A DNA stretch of 64,000 bases. Source: Crocinitomicaceae bacterium (GTDB taxonomy: Bacteria; Bacteroidota; Bacteroidia; Flavobacteriales_D; Crocinitomicaceae). Numbering within the stretch: the first letter of the stretch is position 1; the number at the start of each line of letters is the position of its first letter. Shown here piece after piece: positions 40,121-51,724 of the stretch. The position numbers and the translations under genes were made by a program. The notes beneath the pieces are model-generated. The model ran no database searches and had not been told where the DNA came from. It saw only the letters and a program-made list of their open reading frames with translations. The stretch lies in NCBI GenBank assembly GCA_016719925.1, contig JADJYC010000004.1, forward strand, positions 56,697 to 120,696. Direction: 5' to 3'.

Positions 40121-40693
40121 TCATTTCTGAATCAAACCCTCAGTCAGCTCATTCAGTACTCTTACCTTCTCTTCAAAATTTCCTTTTTGTTTTTTTCTGA
40201 AACGATGATTGAGAGAAATTGCTTTTTCAATGGAATCCGGTAAAACATCCTCCAGCCATTGTCTGATACGTTTAGCAAGTACCGGCGATTTTCCGTTAGT
40301 GGATATGCCTATTTTCAAATCTCCCCGTGTGACAACTCCTCCCAGATAAAAATCACAGAATTCAGGTTTATCGGCAACATTCAGAAGAAATTTATATTTA
40401 TCTGCCAGATCACGTAAACGCAGATTAAGTAAAGAATTATTTGTTGCAGCAATCACAATTTGTTTGTCTGCCAAATCATCCACTGAAAATGCACGATGAA
40501 ATAATTTTGAATCCGGGAATTTTTTAACCAGCTCAAAAACTTCCGGCAATATTTCAATGGCAACAAGTTCAATTTTTGCATTGGGTGATGACTTTTGAAG
40601 AAAAAACAATTTCTCCAAAGCCACTTTTCCACCACCAACAATCAGGAAATTAATTTTATCTGCTTTCAGAAAAATGGGAAATAACTCATTCAT
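40121..40693 (-). CDS. Precorrin-2 dehydrogenase / sirohydrochlorin ferrochelatase (CysG N-terminal-like, SirC)
   Basis: FLKADKINFLIVGGGKVALEKL is the Rossmann motif. The 190-aa length and the adjacency to a SUMT gene and sulfite reductase support this call. Confidence 0.7.
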   Translation of the reverse strand: MNELFPIFLKADKINFLIVGGGKVALEKLFFLQKSSPNAKIELVAIEILPEVFELVKKFPDSKLFHRAFSVDDLADKQIVIAATNNSLLNLRLRDLADKYKFLLNVADKPEFCDFYLGGVVTRGDLKIGISTNGKSPVLAKRIRQWLEDVLPDSIEKAISLNHRFRKKQKGNFEEKVRVLNELTEGLIQK

Positions 40694-40694
40694 A

Positions 40695-41448
40695 TCAGTT
40701 CAGTAAACTTAATTCTTCAAATACTTCTTCAACCTGTTTGTACGTATCCACTACTTCACCAACAACAATAACGGCCGGTGATTGAACACCTTCTTCACGT
40801 GCAGCAGCAACCAGATTTTTTATATCTGTGACCAGAATTTTTTCATCCGGTGTTGAACCGTTTTGAATAATCAAAACAGGCGTATCACTTCTTCCGGCAA
40901 TCAGAAAACTGGTTGAAATATCTTCCAGTTTTGAAGTTCCCATTAAAATAACAACAGTTGAATTTGATTGCGCAGCAAGTTTAAGATCCTTATTAAACTG
41001 ATTACCTTTTTTGATGCGGTTAAAACCCAAAATCCATCTGCTATTCCCTATGCGTTAAAGACACCTGATTCAAAGCAGTTAGTCCGGTTGCCGAGGATAT
41101 ACCCGGTATGACCTCCGTTTCAATTCCATGCTTTTTTGCAAAGAATATTTCTTCAAGTCCTCTTCCAAAAATAAACGGGTCACCACCTTTTAAGCGAATC
41201 ACTTCACCATACACCAGCGCATAAGAAACAATCAGCTGATTAATTTTTTCCTGCGTAAAGGAGGGTTTTCCTCCTCTTTTCCCAACAAATATTTTTAATG
41301 CGTCAGGCGCAAATTCCAACAGCTTTTCACTCACCAACGCATCGTATAAAATTACTTTTGCCTTTTGCAATTTTTCCAATGCTCTGAGTGTTATCAGATC
41401 TTCAGCACCAGGCCCGGCGCCGATCAATATTAGTTTATTCGTTTTCAT
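40695..41448 (-). CDS. cobA: Uroporphyrinogen-III C-methyltransferase (SUMT, CobA/CysG C-terminal-like), with two frameshifts at C3 41046-41048 and T6 41007-41012
   Basis: LILIGAGPGAEDLITLRALEKLQKAKVILYDALV...RLKGGDPFIFGRG...VIPGISSATG...LTHRE ends in a stop. It continues as GIADGFWVLTASKK, then GNQFNKDLKLAAQSNSTVVILMG in three frames. Confidence 0.75.
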
Positions 41449-41912
41449 TTTTTATCAATGAGTATGTTTATTAATTCGTAAAATCTTTTTCCTGTTTGAA
41501 TCCAATCTGAATTTTCAGCAGCGGATTCTGAAGCGTTTCTGTATTCATAAATCAGGCTTTCAAAAGTTGGCTGAATAAAATAGGCCGCCACTTTTTCATA
41601 ATGATTTTCAAATTCTTTTTGAATCTGTTCCTTTGAATTGGTTTCAATTCCCAGTTTAAGCAAGTAACATTTTGCTGTTTGAATTATAGATGAATAAACA
41701 GTATAAGCAGCATCAGCGTATTGCTGATTCAGAAAAAAATAATCTGCTTCATCCAGTTTTTCATTTGCTTCAAACAACAACGTTTTTGCCAGATCAATTT
41801 TCACTCCTGCACACTCTCCGATACCAATTTCAGTTTTGAACTTTTCAGCTGAACCCCAGTCGAGATACTCCTCATCATTTACCTCATTCACATCTGCAAC
41901 TGGTTTCAGCAA
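41445..41912 (-). CDS. Hypothetical protein (155 aa) in the sulfite reductase-siroheme cluster
   Basis: No recognisable domain. It overlaps the cobA start by 4 nt. Confidence 0.35.
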   Translation of the reverse strand: MLKPVADVNEVNDEEYLDWGSAEKFKTEIGIGECAGVKIDLAKTLLFEANEKLDEADYFFLNQQYADAAYTVYSSIIQTAKCYLLKLGIETNSKEQIQKEFENHYEKVAAYFIQPTFESLIYEYRNASESAAENSDWIQTGKRFYELINILIDKK

Positions 41913-41960
41913 TTCATAAAAGTAATTTTTACCTTTTCGGTTATAATAGGTGTTGAACGA

Positions 41961-43508
41961 TTAAAAATTTTGTTTCTCCCTTTTAAAATCATTCAGAATA
42001 AACCGGATTACATGCTCTACTCTTTTGGTTGGAACCTTGATTACTTTGTCTGCAAATTGAGCCGCTCCGTTCCCAATATTTGCACCGCCAAGTAAAACCT
42101 GCAAAGCAGGAATCGTATTTCCGTTCACCTGAAAACTACTGCCGTGAAATCCAATATCTGCAACAGCATGCTGACCACATGCATTCATACATCCGCTTAT
42201 TTTTATCACGATTTCTTCTTCAAAAATCAGCTCGTTAAATTCTGAAACAAGTACTTTCTCAATTACCTCAGCAACATTGTAAGTAGAAGTAATTCCTAAA
42301 TTACAGGTTGATGTTCCGGGGCAAGCAGTGATATCACGAATTGTTCCGGCACCAAAATCAGAAACATCTGCTTTCTGCAAATCATGGAAAAAATCCTCCA
42401 GCAAATCTTCCGGTATACTTCTGACCAGAATATTCTGATCAATTGTAAGTCTTGCAGATTCACCGCTGTAATATTCAATGATATCGGCCAGTTGAATCAA
42501 TTGATCTGCAGTCATATTTCCATTTGTAATTTTAATCAAAGCAGAAAAATGTCCGTTTTGTTTTTGAGCAAAGACATTTGTTTCATACCACTTTTCAAAA
42601 GGAGTTAACCTGTTGCCTTTTTTCTTTTTACTGACAGAAGAAATATTTATTTTGGTATCAATTAGAATTTTTGGTGCAGATGTATAAACAAGTTCAGTTG
42701 CAAGTTCTGATTTCAGTTTTTCAATACCGATTTCTTTAATCAAAAATTTCAATCTCGCTTTTTGACGTTTATTTCTTTCACCCAACCGGTCAAACACTTT
42801 GACAATAGCTTCACCAAATTTCAGCAAATCTTCAGCAGGCAAAAAATCTGTTATTGAAATTGCGTGTGCCGGCTGAGCTCCCAAACCACCGCCAATAAGC
42901 ACTTTGAAACCAGGCTGATTATCTTGTAAAACCGGAATCAATCCCAAATCATGTATGTAGGTACGCGCCTGATCTCTGAATGAAGATGAAAGTGCAACTT
43001 TAAATTTTCTGCCTAATTCCTGCCCAATTGGATTTCGTAAAAAATATCTGAATAATTCAAATCCGTAGGGAGTAATATCAAAAGGTTCTTCAGCATCGAC
43101 CCCTGCAAAAGGCGAAGCTGTTATATTTCTAACTGTATTTCCGCAAGCTTCTCTTAAGGTGATGTCATTTTTTTCCAGCTCTGCCCACAACTCTGGTGTT
43201 CTGTCCAGACTGACATGATGTATCTGAATATCCTGGCGGGTGGTGAGATGTACTTTTCCATTTGAATATTCTTTAGATATCAGTGCAATTCTTCTCAATT
43301 GATCCGGTGAAATAATACCAAGAGGCAATTTGATACGCACCATCTGAACACCCTGCTGACGCTGGCCGTAAACGCCGCGTGCCAAACGTAAACTGCGGAA
43401 TGATTCTTCAGCAATTTCTCCATTCCGGTACTGATAAATTTTTTTCTCGAGTTCCAGTATGTCTTTCTCAACTACTGGATTTTCTAATTCTGTTCTGAAA
43501 CTTTGCAT
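41961..43508 (-). CDS. Siroheme-dependent sulfite/nitrite reductase hemoprotein subunit (ferredoxin-type)
   Basis: Two NIR_SIR-like halves and the Fe-S/siroheme Cys motifs ...DITACPGTSTCNLGI...KISGCMNACGQHAVADIGF. 515 aa. Confidence 0.8.
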   Translation of the reverse strand: MQSFRTELENPVVEKDILELEKKIYQYRNGEIAEESFRSLRLARGVYGQRQQGVQMVRIKLPLGIISPDQLRRIALISKEYSNGKVHLTTRQDIQIHHVSLDRTPELWAELEKNDITLREACGNTVRNITASPFAGVDAEEPFDITPYGFELFRYFLRNPIGQELGRKFKVALSSSFRDQARTYIHDLGLIPVLQDNQPGFKVLIGGGLGAQPAHAISITDFLPAEDLLKFGEAIVKVFDRLGERNKRQKARLKFLIKEIGIEKLKSELATELVYTSAPKILIDTKINISSVSKKKKGNRLTPFEKWYETNVFAQKQNGHFSALIKITNGNMTADQLIQLADIIEYYSGESARLTIDQNILVRSIPEDLLEDFFHDLQKADVSDFGAGTIRDITACPGTSTCNLGITSTYNVAEVIEKVLVSEFNELIFEEEIVIKISGCMNACGQHAVADIGFHGSSFQVNGNTIPALQVLLGGANIGNGAAQFADKVIKVPTKRVEHVIRFILNDFKREKQNF

Positions 43509-43539
43509 ACAATTTTATTTTTATGTGTCACATAAAAAA

Positions 43540-43572
43540 AGCCCGGTTATTAAAACCGGGCTTCCACATTAT
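43540..43572 (-). terminator. Intrinsic-terminator-like hairpin in the 5' leader of the sulfite reductase gene
   Basis: On the minus strand GCCCGGTTTTAATAACCGGGC is followed by TTTTTTT and lies ~37 nt upstream of the ATG at 43508. No minus-strand CDS lies upstream. Confidence 0.4.
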
Positions 43573-43951
43573 TTAAGTAAACACTAATTATGAGTAATAT
43601 CCGGTTTGAGATCTTTTCTGATCTTCATCATCATACTACAACACATCATTGCTTTTTTCATCTTTTTGTTTTTTACTGTTTTACTTTTCTGTTTTTTACA
43701 GTTGATCAAATTTCATTTCCGGGACAAATGTATTTCAAAAAATGAGAGTTCCAAAGAAATATTCTACTTTTTTGATAGATTTAATAGATTATACTGATTT
43801 TATTGGGATGTAGAGCAAAAAATACAAAATCTGACATCAAATTATTAGTCTTTACAAACCTTTATGAACCTTTTATCGTTCAAAATGATGGGTAAACACT
43901 GCTGACTACTTTGATTACCCGCCTTATTTTTACACTACCAAAACAAAAAAA

Positions 43952-45829
43952 ATGAAAACCGGATTTCTTTCTGCAGCACTTTGTGTGGTGACATTTCAGT
44001 CTTTTATATCAGTTGCGCAACTCACACCTGATTATAATGATGTGATGATACCCATGTCTGATATGGAAGAATTAGAAGCGGATGTTTACATTCCGGCCGG
44101 ATGCACAAGCTGTGAAGTAATTTTAGTTCAGACACCTTACAACAAAGATTTATTTGAATGGAGTTTGCCGTTGGGAATTGGATTGAATGTGGATGCACAA
44201 CAATTCATCTGGGTGATTGTTGACTGGAGAGGATTCCATGGATCAGCCGCAGCAGCAATTCCAAGTCCTGACCGCGGACAAGATGCTTTTGATATTTGTG
44301 AATGGATTGTTGATCAGCCGTGGCATGCTGACCGCATTGGAACATGGGGACCATCAGCATTAGGCAATATTCAATATCAGCTTATTGGAAAACATCACCC
44401 AAATCATACGTGTGCTGTACCCATTGTTGCTAATCCACAATTTTCATATGACAGTTATTTTACCGGAGGAGTTTTGGAAGAAGCAAGATTACAACAGCTG
44501 GATAATTTAGGCTATGGACTTTCACCCATTGTTATGGCCAATGTTTATTACAGCACAACGTGGATGGCGGCAGAAAATCAAACATATTTTCCTGATGATA
44601 TTGAAATTCCGACTTTACAAATTGGCGGATGGTATGATCACAATATTGATGAAATGATGGAATTTTACAAAGACAGCAGAAACGATGCACTTGCCTCAGT
44701 GCAGGATGAACAGTGGCTGCTCGTAGGTCCGTGGGTGCATGGTGGAACCGGAATTGCGTTTGTTGGTTCTGCAGTGCAGGGAGAATTGACTTACCCAAAT
44801 GCTGAATTAGTGAATAATGAAATGGCCTGGGATTTTTTCGAATACTATTTACTTGATTCAATTAATGACTGGCAGAACACCGCAAAAATTACGTACTACG
44901 AATTAGGAGAAAATGTCTGGCAGACTTCAGATGCAGATGATATTGCAGCAACCGGTTCAGAAATTCTTTATCTGAATAATTTAAACAGACTTACGGTAGA
45001 AAACGGAAACGGAAGTTCAACTTTTCTTTCTGATCCAACTGACCCAACACCAACTATTGGTGGTGCAACGCTCAGTGATGATTTGGAACAAGGACCTTAC
45101 GATCAATCCTATTTGGACGGCAGAGATGATATTTTTACTTTTTCATCTGACACACTTGAAACTTCAGTTACGGTTACAGGAAGAATTACGTTAAATTTAT
45201 TTGTAAGTGCAACTACTGCTGATTGTGATATTGCTGTGAGATTAGTGGATGTTTATCCTGACGGAACAAACATGCTGATTACAGACGGAATTAAAAGAAT
45301 GCGTTTCAGAGATGGTTATACATTAGCAGATGAAGAATTGATGATTCCCGGTGAAATTTATGAAGTGGAAGTTGCGCTGCCTTTTACAAATTATACCTGG
45401 CTGCCTGATCACCAAATAAAAATTTATGTCAGCGGAAACAGTTCTACACGCTGGAATTTGAATCTGCAGGATGGATTAGCCATGTACACTTCTGCTTTGC
45501 CTGTTACGTCTACCATTACACTGCATCACAATGAAATGTATCCAAGTAAAATTGTTTTGCCGGGAGATAATCCTTTTCTTGCGTTGAATGAGAATCAGGA
45601 AACTTCAAACTTCGAAATTTTTCCAAATCCGGCAAATACATCGCTTACACTTTTGAGTGCTGAAAATTTTAAAAACTATTCAATCTCTGATCTTCAGGGA
45701 AGAGTGGTTATGTCAGGCAAGTTAAATTCCAATGTGCTGACAATTGAAAATCTGGAAACAGGAATTTATTTGCTTTCTCTGACAGATGAAAATGGTTTGA
45801 TCACGTGTAAGAAATTCATTAAAGAATAA
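43952..45829 (+). CDS. CocE/NonD family hydrolase (X-Pro dipeptidyl-peptidase S15-like) with a T9SS C-terminal sorting domain
   Basis: Signal peptide. ...VILVQTPYNKDLFEW... and GPSALGNIQYQ are S15 motifs, followed by a beta-sandwich region. The CTD reads FEIFPNPANTSLTLL...GIYLLSLTDENGLITCKKFIKE. Confidence 0.75.
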   Translation: MKTGFLSAALCVVTFQSFISVAQLTPDYNDVMIPMSDMEELEADVYIPAGCTSCEVILVQTPYNKDLFEWSLPLGIGLNVDAQQFIWVIVDWRGFHGSAAAAIPSPDRGQDAFDICEWIVDQPWHADRIGTWGPSALGNIQYQLIGKHHPNHTCAVPIVANPQFSYDSYFTGGVLEEARLQQLDNLGYGLSPIVMANVYYSTTWMAAENQTYFPDDIEIPTLQIGGWYDHNIDEMMEFYKDSRNDALASVQDEQWLLVGPWVHGGTGIAFVGSAVQGELTYPNAELVNNEMAWDFFEYYLLDSINDWQNTAKITYYELGENVWQTSDADDIAATGSEILYLNNLNRLTVENGNGSSTFLSDPTDPTPTIGGATLSDDLEQGPYDQSYLDGRDDIFTFSSDTLETSVTVTGRITLNLFVSATTADCDIAVRLVDVYPDGTNMLITDGIKRMRFRDGYTLADEELMIPGEIYEVEVALPFTNYTWLPDHQIKIYVSGNSSTRWNLNLQDGLAMYTSALPVTSTITLHHNEMYPSKIVLPGDNPFLALNENQETSNFEIFPNPANTSLTLLSAENFKNYSISDLQGRVVMSGKLNSNVLTIENLETGIYLLSLTDENGLITCKKFIKE

Positions 45830-46026
45830 TAGTTTTTTACTGCGAATAAACAAATAGCAAACTCTGGTTATCTTCAATTCCCGCTGATTAACGCGATTTG
45901 TTCCGCGGATAAAAGCGCTGATCGACTTAGAAAAATCAAATATCGAAATTACAAATCGCAAATTACTTTATTAAATACAAGAGTACTCCGGTTTTGGAAT
46001 TTGTAATTTTGAAATTGGAATTTTTC

Positions 46027-47037
46027 TTAAAACCCATTCACTCCATTCACAGTAGTGTACTTCAGCACATTTTTCTTATCCGGGTGGATGCGTGCAAAAG
46101 CAGCCTGAACAGCAAGTGTACCTTCATGAAAACCGCAGAGAATTAATTTCAGTTTTCCTTCATAGGTATTTACATCTCCCACTGCAAAAATTCCTTTCCG
46201 GTTGGTAGAATAATCTTTTGTATCTACCTTGATAGCACTCTTTTCAATCTCCAATCCCCAGTCAGCAATTGGACCCAGACTTGGTTTCAAACCAAACAGC
46301 GGTACAAAATGATCTGTCTCCTTTACCTGATCACCAATTGTGTTGTGTTTTATTGTAACAGATTGTAGTTTTCCGTTTCCATTTAACCCTACTACTTCGG
46401 CTTCGGTAATTAATTTTATTTTTCCGGCATCTGCCAGATTCATTACTTTCTGAACTGAATCTAAATGACCTCTGAAAGAAGAATTGCGGTGAACAAGCGT
46501 GAGTTCTTTGGCAATATTATTTTCCACCAGATAAATTGACCAGTCTAATGCAGAATCTCCTCCACCTGCAACAATAACTTTTTTATCCTGATAAAATTTT
46601 GGATCACGGATGATGTATTCTACCCCTTTATCTTCAAAATTTTCCAGATTTTCTACCGGCGGTTTTCTTGGTTCAAACACACCCAATCCACCTGCAATAA
46701 TAACTACCGGCGCTTTGTGTTGTGTTCCTTTATTGGTTGTAACGATGAACTGATTATCATCGGTCTCATCAATTTTTACGGCAGATTCACCCAACGTGAA
46801 TCCAGGTTTAAACGGAGCTGATTGTTCCATGAGACGTTCAATCAAATCGCCAGCATCCACAGTTGGAAAACCCGGAATATCGTAGATTGGTTTTTTCGGA
46901 TAAATCTCGGTTAATTGTCCTCCCGGTTGAGGAAGTGAATCAATCAAGTGGCATTTCAATTTTAAAAGACCTGCTTCAAAAACGGTGAAAATACCTACCG
47001 GTCCGGCACCGATAATAATAATATCTGTTGTGATCAT
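46027..47037 (-). CDS. Ferredoxin-NADP+ reductase, thioredoxin-reductase-like type (YumC-like)
   Basis: TTDIIIIGAGPVGIFTVFEAGLL..., the second dinucleotide motif VIVAGGGDSALDW, and a 336-aa length. Confidence 0.75.
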   Translation of the reverse strand: MITTDIIIIGAGPVGIFTVFEAGLLKLKCHLIDSLPQPGGQLTEIYPKKPIYDIPGFPTVDAGDLIERLMEQSAPFKPGFTLGESAVKIDETDDNQFIVTTNKGTQHKAPVVIIAGGLGVFEPRKPPVENLENFEDKGVEYIIRDPKFYQDKKVIVAGGGDSALDWSIYLVENNIAKELTLVHRNSSFRGHLDSVQKVMNLADAGKIKLITEAEVVGLNGNGKLQSVTIKHNTIGDQVKETDHFVPLFGLKPSLGPIADWGLEIEKSAIKVDTKDYSTNRKGIFAVGDVNTYEGKLKLILCGFHEGTLAVQAAFARIHPDKKNVLKYTTVNGVNGF

Positions 47038-47166
47038 TTTAGTTTTAAAATAAGTTAGACAATAAATCCGGAAATGAAATTTGCCAACTGAAGAACAAAA
47101 TTAGACATAAATTGTTCTGACAACCAAAGAAAAAAGAAAGAAAGATGATTTGACTGACTTATATAA

Positions 47167-47403
47167 TCAGACTGACTCCACCGATTTTACATCCGGCATC
47201 GCATTTCTGACAGCCTCTTCAATTCCGGCTTTTAGGGTCATTACACTCATGGAACAGGTTTCACAGGCACCCAGCAAACGCACTTTAACCACATTGTCTT
47301 TGGTTACTTCCACCAACTCAACATCACCGCCGTCTTTTTGCAAAAACGGGCGAATTGACTGAAGTGCATCTTCTATTTTTTGTGAACGATCCATAGGCCT
47401 CAA
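47167..47403 (-). CDS. NifU-like (Nfu) Fe-S cluster assembly domain protein
   Basis: ...IRPFLQKDGGDVELVEV..VVKVRLLGACETCSMSVMTLKAGIEEAV... carries the CxxC motif of the NifU C-terminal domain. Confidence 0.7.
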   Translation of the reverse strand: MRPMDRSQKIEDALQSIRPFLQKDGGDVELVEVTKDNVVKVRLLGACETCSMSVMTLKAGIEEAVRNAMPDVKSVESV

Positions 47404-47705
47404 TAATAGGGCGGTACAAAGATAATGATTCTCAGATGAAAACGATCCCGCCTTTTTGGATTATTTCATTTATCAAAAATATATTCAGAAAATCAAGCAT
47501 GCGAACCAATTACAGTTAATTTACTGTAAGTACAATCAATTAACGCAGTCAATGCTACGCCTGTGCTTCTGGCAAAAAATGATCCCGCCTAATAAAAGAA
47601 AAACCGTAAGGAAGAAATAATTTGAATTGCTCATAAAATCTTGTATATTGGCATAACATTTAACTCATTATCATCAACTTATGAACCTCGTTTTTACCCC
47701 CCATT

Positions 47706-48839
47706 TTGCTTTTAAGCAGATGCAAATCAATTATTCTTGGAATTTTATTTCTGACTTCATTTTCAGTTTTTTCTCAAAACCCAACAGTTATAAATGACTC
47801 TTTGGTAGTGAATCAACGGCTATATGCAAAAGAAAAATTGATTGTTGACTTAGAAGCAAAGTTTAAACAGGACATCAAAGTGCAGGGAAGCGCTAGAATC
47901 AATACAGATTTGAGAGTAGATGGGGAACTTCGTGTAGACGGTTTAGCAAAATTCATGAGCAATGTTAAAATGGAAGGTCTGACTTCCTTACCATTTGTTG
48001 ATTCAACAATAAAAGTTGTTATTATTCAACCCAACGGTCAATTAAAAACTGTAGGAATAGGAGTATTAGGTGATGGAATTTATGAATTTGTTCCATGCAT
48101 GCCGGGTGACGTTCCGAATCCTCATTGGTCAAGTGGATTAAACAAAATATATAATGCATGTGATCCTGTAAGAGTGGGTATTGGAACCACAACACCTGAT
48201 CACAAACTCCATGTTGTGGGAGTAAACTATGCCCAAAAATTTTTAGGAGGTAACGTTGGTGCAACAGCTACCGCATTGCTTAATCTCTACTGTCAGAATA
48301 CGTCTCAAGATTTGATGCATGTGGGAATTAAAGTGGGCGGACTTGCTCAGGAAATGCGTTTCATTATCAAAAATGATGGTGACATTACTATCTACAATGA
48401 AGGTGCTGATCCGACTATTACTTTAAACAACGGAACCGGACATGCTCTGGTAATTAATTCAAATGCCGGTTCAAAAATTTTGCAACTGGAAGATAACGGC
48501 ATGTTGCGTGCGCGCGAAATAAAAGTGGATGAGGATAACTGGCCAGATTATGTTTTTAATGATGATTATAAACTAATGTCTCTGGAAGATCTGAGAGCAT
48601 TTATCATGCACAATAAACATTTACCCAATATTCCCTCTTCTACAGAAGTTCACAACGCTGGACTGAATATTGGACAAATTCAAACACTTCAAATGGAAAA
48701 GATTGAAGAGCTTACACTCTACACTCTGGAATTAAACGAAGAAATTAACTCCCTGAAAGCAGAAAATGAATTGTTGAAGACCGAATTAAATACTCTTAAG
48801 GAGAGTTTTAACGAATTGAAATTGCTTTTAACGAAGTAG
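47706..48839 (+). CDS. Tail-fiber-domain protein with a C-terminal Peptidase_S74-like intramolecular chaperone domain and coiled coil
   Basis: Signal peptide. C-terminal ...REIKVDEDNWPDYVFNDDYKLMSLEDLRAFIMHNKHLPNIPSSTEVHNAGLNIGQIQTLQMEKIEELTLYTLELNEEINSLKAENELLK matches the endosialidase/tail-spike chaperone domain. Confidence 0.55.
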   Translation: MLLSRCKSIILGILFLTSFSVFSQNPTVINDSLVVNQRLYAKEKLIVDLEAKFKQDIKVQGSARINTDLRVDGELRVDGLAKFMSNVKMEGLTSLPFVDSTIKVVIIQPNGQLKTVGIGVLGDGIYEFVPCMPGDVPNPHWSSGLNKIYNACDPVRVGIGTTTPDHKLHVVGVNYAQKFLGGNVGATATALLNLYCQNTSQDLMHVGIKVGGLAQEMRFIIKNDGDITIYNEGADPTITLNNGTGHALVINSNAGSKILQLEDNGMLRAREIKVDEDNWPDYVFNDDYKLMSLEDLRAFIMHNKHLPNIPSSTEVHNAGLNIGQIQTLQMEKIEELTLYTLELNEEINSLKAENELLKTELNTLKESFNELKLLLTK

Positions 48840-48846
48840 TTGTGAT

Positions 48847-51713
48847 ATGAAAAGGTATAGCATAATTTTAGTTTTTTTAGGCAGTTTAAATTTAATAGGT
48901 CAGGAAGACACCATGGTGTTTACCGATGAAATTGAAGCAGGAAATTACATTTTTGGACAACTTGATCCTCAATATTACGATTATGCATTATTGAATAGAT
49001 CCATGTCTACTTTCCCATTATTGTATGAGCAGATTGCAGGTAATTATAATCATGTCATGACTACTGATGATTGGCTTCTGATTTATTCTGATTTAGCATT
49101 GTCTTGTTATGACACAACATTGATTCCTACTATAACGGCGATGGCTCAGAGAATCTATGATTTTTATACGTTTCATGATTATCATTACACGGATCTTATC
49201 CAGCCGTTTGGGTTGATACTTCACAATACAAGTATGATTGATACACTTAATTTTTCAAATGGAAACATACAGGTTATCGATGGGCGCATGACTTCATTTA
49301 CTGAAGAAAATTCGCTTTACACAAAAAAACTTATAAAAAGCGCAACTTTAATGGAGTTTTATCCGGATAATGGATATACTCAGGGCAAACTAAAATACGA
49401 CCCTTCTTTTATTGTTGTGAGCGAAGATATTACTTTACTAAATTTAGAAATAGATATTAATGATGGCGGGGGTTACCAGAATTTCGGTATGTCAAACCCT
49501 TTGATTACTTATGATCGATCAAGAGACTCAGTTGTTGCGAATGCGGTTATTTCCTATGAATTAAATGATTCGATTTATCAAGACACTATTAGTTTCTATT
49601 TAACCACTTCAAGTAATATTAAATCTAGCAGATCTGCCGATCACTGGGATTATAGTTTTGAGTTTGATGCATTACCCGGCAACGATTTAACTTACGAAGT
49701 TGGGATTAAGTACGGTTGTGGAAACGGAAATCTCATTAGAAGACCGATAATAATTTCTTGCGCTTATCGCCCTGCAATACAACCGTTTTCAATGGACAAA
49801 TACTGGGAACAATTTAATGTGGGAGGGCTGTTTGATAGCTTCGTAGCTTTGGGATATGATGTAATATTTGTGAAAGACAAACCTGGTTATCGTTCGATAG
49901 AAGACGCAGGAACAGAATTGGGAGAGTTTATCAAAGAAATTAATAATGTAAAAAAAATAAATTATCCAAACGAAGATTGGGAGACTGTTGTAATGGGATA
50001 TAGTATGGGAGGCCAAAAAGCCCGCTATGCTCTGCTTAAATTGGAAAAGCAACACATGGAGAATGGGGAGCCTCATCATCATACAAAACTTTATATACCT
50101 TTTGATTCACCGCATCATAGCGCAAATGTTCCCTTATTAACCCAAGCCACATACAAAACTTTTAAATTGACAAATGCTTTGGCAGCGGTTGCAAATAACA
50201 GTCTCGTTGATGCAGCGTCAAGAGATCAGGGAGCATACAGCATTTATAGCAGTACTATCTTTGCACCACCCACAGTCGTAGGTACTTTAGATCTGTTGCC
50301 TTTACCTGAACCAGATGCAGTGAACTATCAATATGAAGTAAATAATAATTTCCATCATCAGTTTACGAATCTGATGGATACCAGAATTTCTTTTCCAGCA
50401 TTCACAAGAAATATTGCAGTTTCAACAGGTAGTTATAAAGATGATTATGAAGTTGTCTGGGGACTGAGCCCGGGAATTGAAATGTTTACTCAACATGCAC
50501 CGGGATATTTTTGGGTTCCTTTTTTAGGGTTTACGAACGGTTTTGTTAATCGAAAATTGTGGTCGTCTGAATACTCTACTACGACCCCTCAACCTAGCTT
50601 TAGTAGAAAGGATTTATATTTTGTTCTTGTGGTATTCCCGTTTTATATTCAAAGGGCATATAATTTCATTGAACATCAGGAATATGATTTATCGCAGGGA
50701 GGGTATAAAACTATTTTTTACAGTGGTCTTACAGGAGGTGCAACAACTATACTTAAATCAACTGCATATGGATTAGGGAATTTACAATATGACAAGGAAG
50801 TTTGTTTTTTGCCACTTGTATCTGCACTTGCTATTAATCCCGATATCTGGGGAAATAATCACTTATATTACAATTTACAGGAGGAGGGCTTAATGTACCA
50901 AAGTCAAGAAGATTTTGATCAGGATAATAAATCAGATATATATGGATATCCTCACATTGCCCATAATACTAATCACTTTGACATTACTCCTTTTGAAGCT
51001 GTATATGCTGATGATTTTAATTGGGATCATATTGTCATGAATGAAACTTTGGAAGATTATTTGAATGGTGATCAAACATATTTTGATAATCTGCGGGTTT
51101 TTTAAATGATGAAGTGGAAGGTTGGGTCGTTCCTCTTCAAAATAAAGTCATTGGTCAAAACCATGTTCAAAATCCAAGCTTTGAATATAAAGCCTGGTAC
51201 AAATCAAGGTACCAGATTTTTATTGGAAATAACGTAACGCCAAAAACAGATCCTGGTGATTATATAATTGAAAATTCTGGAAATATTACGGTTTATGCTG
51301 GTGTAGAAATTGTAATTAAAGATGGCTTTCATGCCAAACCTGGGAGCACATTTCATGCGTTTATTCAAGAACCAAGTGATTGTTATGTTTCTGGAGGTAA
51401 GTCAGCGTCTACAATTTCTGAAAATAGTGGTGGCACAGAAAAAATACTGCTGGCTGATGAAGGCGTTATCAGTGATGAGAAAAATAATGTCATCTTGATA
51501 CCAAATCCAAATACTGGCAACTTTATTTTTTCAATAGAAGAGACTCATCCAAACGGTCAACTGTATGTTTATGGTCTTGACGGTAAAATTTATTATGAGC
51601 AATCAATCTATCAAAGTAAAACTGCTTTGGAATTGAGTTTAGCAAAAGGCGTCTATTTGGTTGTATTTATCTCCGGTCAGAAAAGAGAAACGGCAAAACT
51701 AGTTATTCAATAA
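48847..51713 (+). CDS. Large secreted alpha/beta-hydrolase-like (lipase-like GYSMGG) protein with a GFHAK domain and T9SS CTD, frameshifted at the T6 run 51098-51103
   Basis: Signal peptide MKRYSIILVFLGSLNLIGQ. A nucleophile-elbow-like VVMGYSMGGQKARYAL is present. ORF 48847..51105 ends ...NLRVF*, and T7 would continue LNDEVEGWVVPLQNK... into ORF 51114..51713, which ends in the T9SS CTD ...GVYLVVFISGQKRETAKLVIQ. Confidence 0.5.
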
Positions 51714-51724
51714 ATTTCCTGAAA

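Noticed and set aside
43606-43797. 63-aa ORF (MRSFLIFIIILQHIIAFFIFLFF...)
   Set aside because: Purely low-complexity hydrophobic sequence from AT-rich DNA in the intergenic leader region, with no coding signal.
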